DNA of 64,000 nucleotides from a virus (Duplodnaviria; Caudoviricetes): IMG/VR virus record IMGVR_UViG_2879905790_000001, positions 1 to 64,000 of that record; one strand, 5' to 3'. Shown piece by piece: positions 60,201 to 64,000 of this stretch (position 1 is its first letter; each line of letters starts with the position of its first letter). The notes under the pieces were generated by a model. It saw only the letters and a program-made list of their open reading frames with translations, ran no database searches and was not told where the DNA came from. The position numbers and the translations under genes were made by a program.

Positions 60201-62513
60201 GTGAAAATCATAATGAGTTTAGAAAATAAAGAAACAGGAATTAATTTAGAATGTTATATAAGATTAAAATATCAAATGTTTCCCAAAGAACAAAAACATG
60301 AATCAGGAGATTGGTGTGTTGTTACAGCAAGTGTTGAGGATGTTATAAGTGGAGAACCAAAAATCCATCCTAAATATAAAACAATTAAAGTAATTGGGAA
60401 ATTACCCAAATTCGATTATAACGAAAGTTATAAACTAGTTGCAAAAGAAATATATAATGAAGATTATGGTTATTCTTATGAAGTGTTCTATTTTGGTCAA
60501 CCAATGAAAATAGGTAATGAAAATGATAAAAGAATATTTTTAGAAAATATTCTTACAGATACACAGTTGAAAAATTTTTATGATGCATATGAAAATCCTT
60601 TTGATATTATAGCTAATGAAAATATAGCAGGTATGACCAAAGTTAAAGGAATCGGAGCAAAGACAGCTTTAAATATAATAGAATTATACAAAAACCATAT
60701 AGATTATTCTAGTATATATGTTAAATTAAATGATTTTGGATTATCAAAAAAAATGATAGAAAAATTAATAGATAAATATAAAAGTCCAGATATTATAGTT
60801 GATAAAATAAAGAATAATCCATATATACTTATAGATGAAGTAACAGGTATAGGTTGGGATAAAGCTGATAAAATGGCTTTAGAATCAGGTATGTCTAAAA
60901 TTTCAAAATTTAGAATAAAAGCATTTATAAAATATGTATTAAACACAGAAGCTTTAAATGGTAATTCGTATGTAGACCCTGTTTTATTAACTAGATTAAT
61001 TAAAGAAAACATAGAAGGATTAGATAATAAAATTTTAGCTCAAATAATACAAGAGTTATATTCAGAAAAAGTTTTATGGCATAATTATGATAAAAGATTG
61101 AAAAGAGCTACAAAAGTAGCTTTATATAAATATTATTGGTTAGAATATAATATTTCACAAGAATTAAAAAGAATAGCTAATGGGAAGAATGATTTCAAAT
61201 ATGATAATTGGAAAGAAGTAATTAAAAAAGTTGAGAAACAACAAGGATGGGAATATACAGACGAACAAAAAAATGGTATAAAACAAGCATTAGATAGCCA
61301 ATTTATAATGATAACAGGTGGTGGTGGAACTGGGAAAACAAGTGTTGTAAATGGACTAGTTAATGTTTTAAAAGATTATTTATATATTCAAACTGCGTTA
61401 TCAGGAAAAGCATCTTCACGTATGGCAGAAGTTACAGGAGAAGAAGGGTATACAATACACAGAGTTTTAGGATATAAACCAAATGAAGGATTTACTTATA
61501 ATAAAAATAACAAAATACCAGCTGATATTATTATATTAGATGAAATATCTATGGTAGGTGGTGAATTGTTTTATAGTTTAATTCAATCAATTAAAACAGG
61601 AGCAAAATTAATAGTGCTTGGAGATGTCCACCAATTAGAAAGTATTGGGTGTATGAATTTAGCAAAGGATATATTAGAAAGTAAGACATTAAAAGCAGTA
61701 GAATTAACTAAAATACATAGACAAGCACAAAAATCAGGAATTATAACTAGTAGTTTAGCAGTAAGAAAAAAACAACCTTTATTGGAGTCTAGGTGTGATA
61801 TAGGAGAAAAAATTTATGGTGAATTAAAAGATTTTAAATTAAATACGTATGCAGATAAAAAATTCAGTATGGATAAATGTATAGAAGAATTTAAAAGATG
61901 TTTACCTTTAGCTAAAGACATTACTGAAATACAAGTTCTAGTTCCAATAAAAGAAAGAGGGACAGCAAATGTTTTTACATTAAATAATGAATTACAAAAA
62001 ATATATAATCCTAACAATAATGATAATAAAATAACTATAAGTATCTCAAAAGACAAACAATTTAACATAAAAGAAAATGATAAAATTATTATTATAAGGA
62101 ATAATTATAAAACAGTAGATGAAGATGGTGAAAATACACCTATATTTAATGGACAACAAGGTATTGTGAAAAAAATAGATTTAGAATCTAAAATAATATA
62201 TTTACGAATGCCTTATGTTAGTGATAAATTAATATTAATACCTAAAAAGAATTGGGGAGATTTAATGTTAGGATATGCTATGACAGTAGCTAAATCACAA
62301 GGTAGTCAATATGAATATGTTATAGGTTGTATAGATTACTCTACTCCGCCTATAATGTTAGTAAAAGAATTAGTGTACACTTTAATAACGAGAGCTTCTA
62401 AGTATGGTGTATTATTAGGAGAAACAAATGCATTATATAAGGCTATGATTACGAGTTTTGTATCTACAAAACAAACATTCTTAAAACATATGCTTGATAA
62501 TGAAACAATTTAA
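60201..62513 (+). CDS. recD2: RecD2-like SF1B helicase
   Basis: HhH KGIGAKTA; GGGGTGKT; DEISM; GDVHQL; HRQ; NGQQG; KSQGS; YTLITRA. Confidence 0.9.
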   Translation: MKIIMSLENKETGINLECYIRLKYQMFPKEQKHESGDWCVVTASVEDVISGEPKIHPKYKTIKVIGKLPKFDYNESYKLVAKEIYNEDYGYSYEVFYFGQPMKIGNENDKRIFLENILTDTQLKNFYDAYENPFDIIANENIAGMTKVKGIGAKTALNIIELYKNHIDYSSIYVKLNDFGLSKKMIEKLIDKYKSPDIIVDKIKNNPYILIDEVTGIGWDKADKMALESGMSKISKFRIKAFIKYVLNTEALNGNSYVDPVLLTRLIKENIEGLDNKILAQIIQELYSEKVLWHNYDKRLKRATKVALYKYYWLEYNISQELKRIANGKNDFKYDNWKEVIKKVEKQQGWEYTDEQKNGIKQALDSQFIMITGGGGTGKTSVVNGLVNVLKDYLYIQTALSGKASSRMAEVTGEEGYTIHRVLGYKPNEGFTYNKNNKIPADIIILDEISMVGGELFYSLIQSIKTGAKLIVLGDVHQLESIGCMNLAKDILESKTLKAVELTKIHRQAQKSGIITSSLAVRKKQPLLESRCDIGEKIYGELKDFKLNTYADKKFSMDKCIEEFKRCLPLAKDITEIQVLVPIKERGTANVFTLNNELQKIYNPNNNDNKITISISKDKQFNIKENDKIIIIRNNYKTVDEDGENTPIFNGQQGIVKKIDLESKIIYLRMPYVSDKLILIPKKNWGDLMLGYAMTVAKSQGSQYEYVIGCIDYSTPPIMLVKELVYTLITRASKYGVLLGETNALYKAMITSFVSTKQTFLKHMLDNETI

Positions 62514-62531
62514 TAAAAGGTAAATAACCAT

Positions 62532-62560
62532 TTGACAAGCATAAAATAATTTGGTAAAAT
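62532..62560 (+). promoter_or_regulatory. Promoter with TAAAATAATTTGG box in its spacer, followed by a 5' hairpin
   Basis: TTGACA-17bp-TAAAAT; AGATTACAGGTT...AACCTGTAATCT. Confidence 0.7.
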
Positions 62561-62615
62561 AAGATTACAGGTTAAGGAAAATAAAACCTGTAATCTAAAG
62601 AGGGGAGTATAGTTA

Positions 62616-63251
62616 ATGAAAAATACAATTATAATATATTGTGATGGTGGCTGTAGAGGAAACCAAAAAAAAGATAATATAGGTGGATGGGGTGCTATTT
62701 TAACTCAAAATGGTACAGACAATAAGAAAGAGATATACGGAAATAAAGTTAACACAACAAATAATCAGATGGAATTGACAGCTTGCATTAAATCTCTAGA
62801 AGCAATTAGAAGGGATGTAAGACCTATATGTAACATAGAAATACATTCAGACAGTGCTTATTTAGTTAATGGTATGAATAGTTGGATTCATAGTTGGATC
62901 AAAAAGAATTGGAGAAATTCACAAAAGAAACCTGTTGAAAACAAAGAATTGTGGCAGCAAATATTAGCATTAACAAAACAGTTTGAAGATGTAACTTTTA
63001 ATAAATGCAAAGGACATGATGGTGTAGAATTAAATGAAAGAGCAGATGAATTAGCTAACATTGCTATGGATGAATTAGAAAATAAGGATACAGTTGACAT
63101 AGATAAGAATACAGAATTACAAACTATTTTAGAGAGTTTAAAGTCTAATAAAAGGAATTTAGAAGAATTAAATATAAGAGGATACATAGAAGATGCTGTA
63201 CAAAATCTTGATTTAGTAATAGAAAATATTAATGATGAGTTAGATGAATAA
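62616..63251 (+). CDS. rnhA: Ribonuclease HI with acidic C-terminal extension
   Basis: YCDGGC, TNNQMEL, SDSAY, VENKELW, KGH, NERADELA. Confidence 0.92.
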   Translation: MKNTIIIYCDGGCRGNQKKDNIGGWGAILTQNGTDNKKEIYGNKVNTTNNQMELTACIKSLEAIRRDVRPICNIEIHSDSAYLVNGMNSWIHSWIKKNWRNSQKKPVENKELWQQILALTKQFEDVTFNKCKGHDGVELNERADELANIAMDELENKDTVDIDKNTELQTILESLKSNKRNLEELNIRGYIEDAVQNLDLVIENINDELDE

Positions 63252-63490
63252 ATTCTATATACAAGCTTATATATTAATTAGAAATGAAAAAATCTAAAAA
63301 TTTACAAAAATAAATTTAAAATCAATAGAAATGCGTTTTAATGAAAATGACTAAAATTACAAAAAACTCATTTTAAGAATGGCTTAACCAAGCCGTTTAT
63401 AAGAGGTGAAATTGATATAAAATAAGAATTTTATAGTAATATAAAACAATTTAAAAAAATAAAAATATTTAATAAAAGGAGAGTGTTATA

Positions 63491-64000
63491 ATGGAAAAAG
63501 CTTATATAGCAACAAAATCAAGTAAGTATTATCAAGACTTACAAAAGTACATACAAAACAGTAAAGAACAGAGTAAACTTGTTTTTAGTTTTTTAGATAA
63601 AAATGACATACAAGCAAAAAGATATTATTTATGTGGTGATGGATGTTGTGACGAACCATTTTCACAAGAAGATAAGGGAGATATTTCTTTATCAATAATA
63701 CCAACGGATGAAGATAAAGAAAAACTAAGTAAACAATTGTGTAAACCAGACCAATATGAACTATGTAGTTTTAAAAAGAATAGTAAAATAGGTAAAGAAT
63801 TTGAACAGTATTGTATAGATAATAAGATAATTATAAATTTATTAAAACCAAGAATAGGTGATTATTTTGAATCTAAATCTCCTAATAATTTGTCTTTAGG
63901 TGGATATAGGTTAAGTCAATTTGAAGTAGAAGATAAACTATATGTTAAGATGGATAGTCATAAAATAAATGAAGAAACTAAAACCCCTGAAGGCTTTGTT
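63491..64000 (+). CDS. Hypothetical protein, truncated by window end
   Basis: RBS AAGGAG; MEKAYIATKSSKYY..., apparently open to the edge. Confidence 0.65.
   Translation, partial: MEKAYIATKSSKYYQDLQKYIQNSKEQSKLVFSFLDKNDIQAKRYYLCGDGCCDEPFSQEDKGDISLSIIPTDEDKEKLSKQLCKPDQYELCSFKKNSKIGKEFEQYCIDNKIIINLLKPRIGDYFESKSPNNLSLGGYRLSQFEVEDKLYVKMDSHKINEETKTPEGFV

Larger units (their letters stand above)
1..64000 (+). mobile_element. Segment of a large SPbeta-like clostridial temperate phage, probably a phage-plasmid
   Basis: Unidirectional genes, many small hypotheticals, SSB-ATPase-helicase-primase-RecJ-DnaE order as in SPbeta yorF-L, ATP-dependent ligase, Rha protein, iteron origin plus Rep. No structural genes in the window, so a megaplasmid is not excluded. 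Confidence 0.8.

Noticed and set aside
952-63187. All minus-strand ORFs in the track
   Set aside because: They overlap well-supported + strand genes, have antisense-shadow composition (rich in F/L/S/I) and show no recognisable motifs
63375-63400. Hairpin AATGGCTT-aacc-AAGCCGTT as a special element
   Set aside because: Single copy with no U-tail; function cannot be supported
1-64000. tRNA, rRNA, cas, reverse transcriptase, transposase or virion genes
   Set aside because: None recognised by eye; tRNAscan/Infernal not run

Overview
Very AT-rich window, with essentially all credible genes on the + strand. It reads as the early, regulatory and replication half of a large temperate phage of a Clostridium-like host, organised like the Bacillus SPbeta family. 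Layout: (i) 0-13.4 kb, many small hypothetical early genes behind duplicated sigmaA promoter modules, including a stand-alone promoter-repeat-spacer-repeat-terminator unit (7.66-7.85 kb) that mimics clostridial CRISPR repeats with no cas gene in the window; (ii) 13.5-20 kb, a regulatory block with a ParB-like protein, an orphan PemK/MazF, a TPR protein, and a DGQHR-domain plus catalytically degenerate integrase pair resembling SPbeta SroE/SroF(MrpR); (iii) a DNA ligase and an iteron + DnaA-box origin with a plasmid-type Rep, suggesting a phage-plasmid; (iv) accessory genes: DUF262, ART-like, XerC-like recombinase, MTase, RNA-repair enzymes (RlaP-like NTase, CCA-adding enzyme, RtcB), homing endonuclease, HD protein; (v) an SPbeta yorF-yorL-like replication operon (SSB, Sak4-like ATPase, helicase, primase, RecJ, DnaE), then RecD2 and RNase HI. 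Three distinct dispersed intergenic motif families run through the window. All assignments come from motif recognition by eye; no database search was run, and motif counts are manual.
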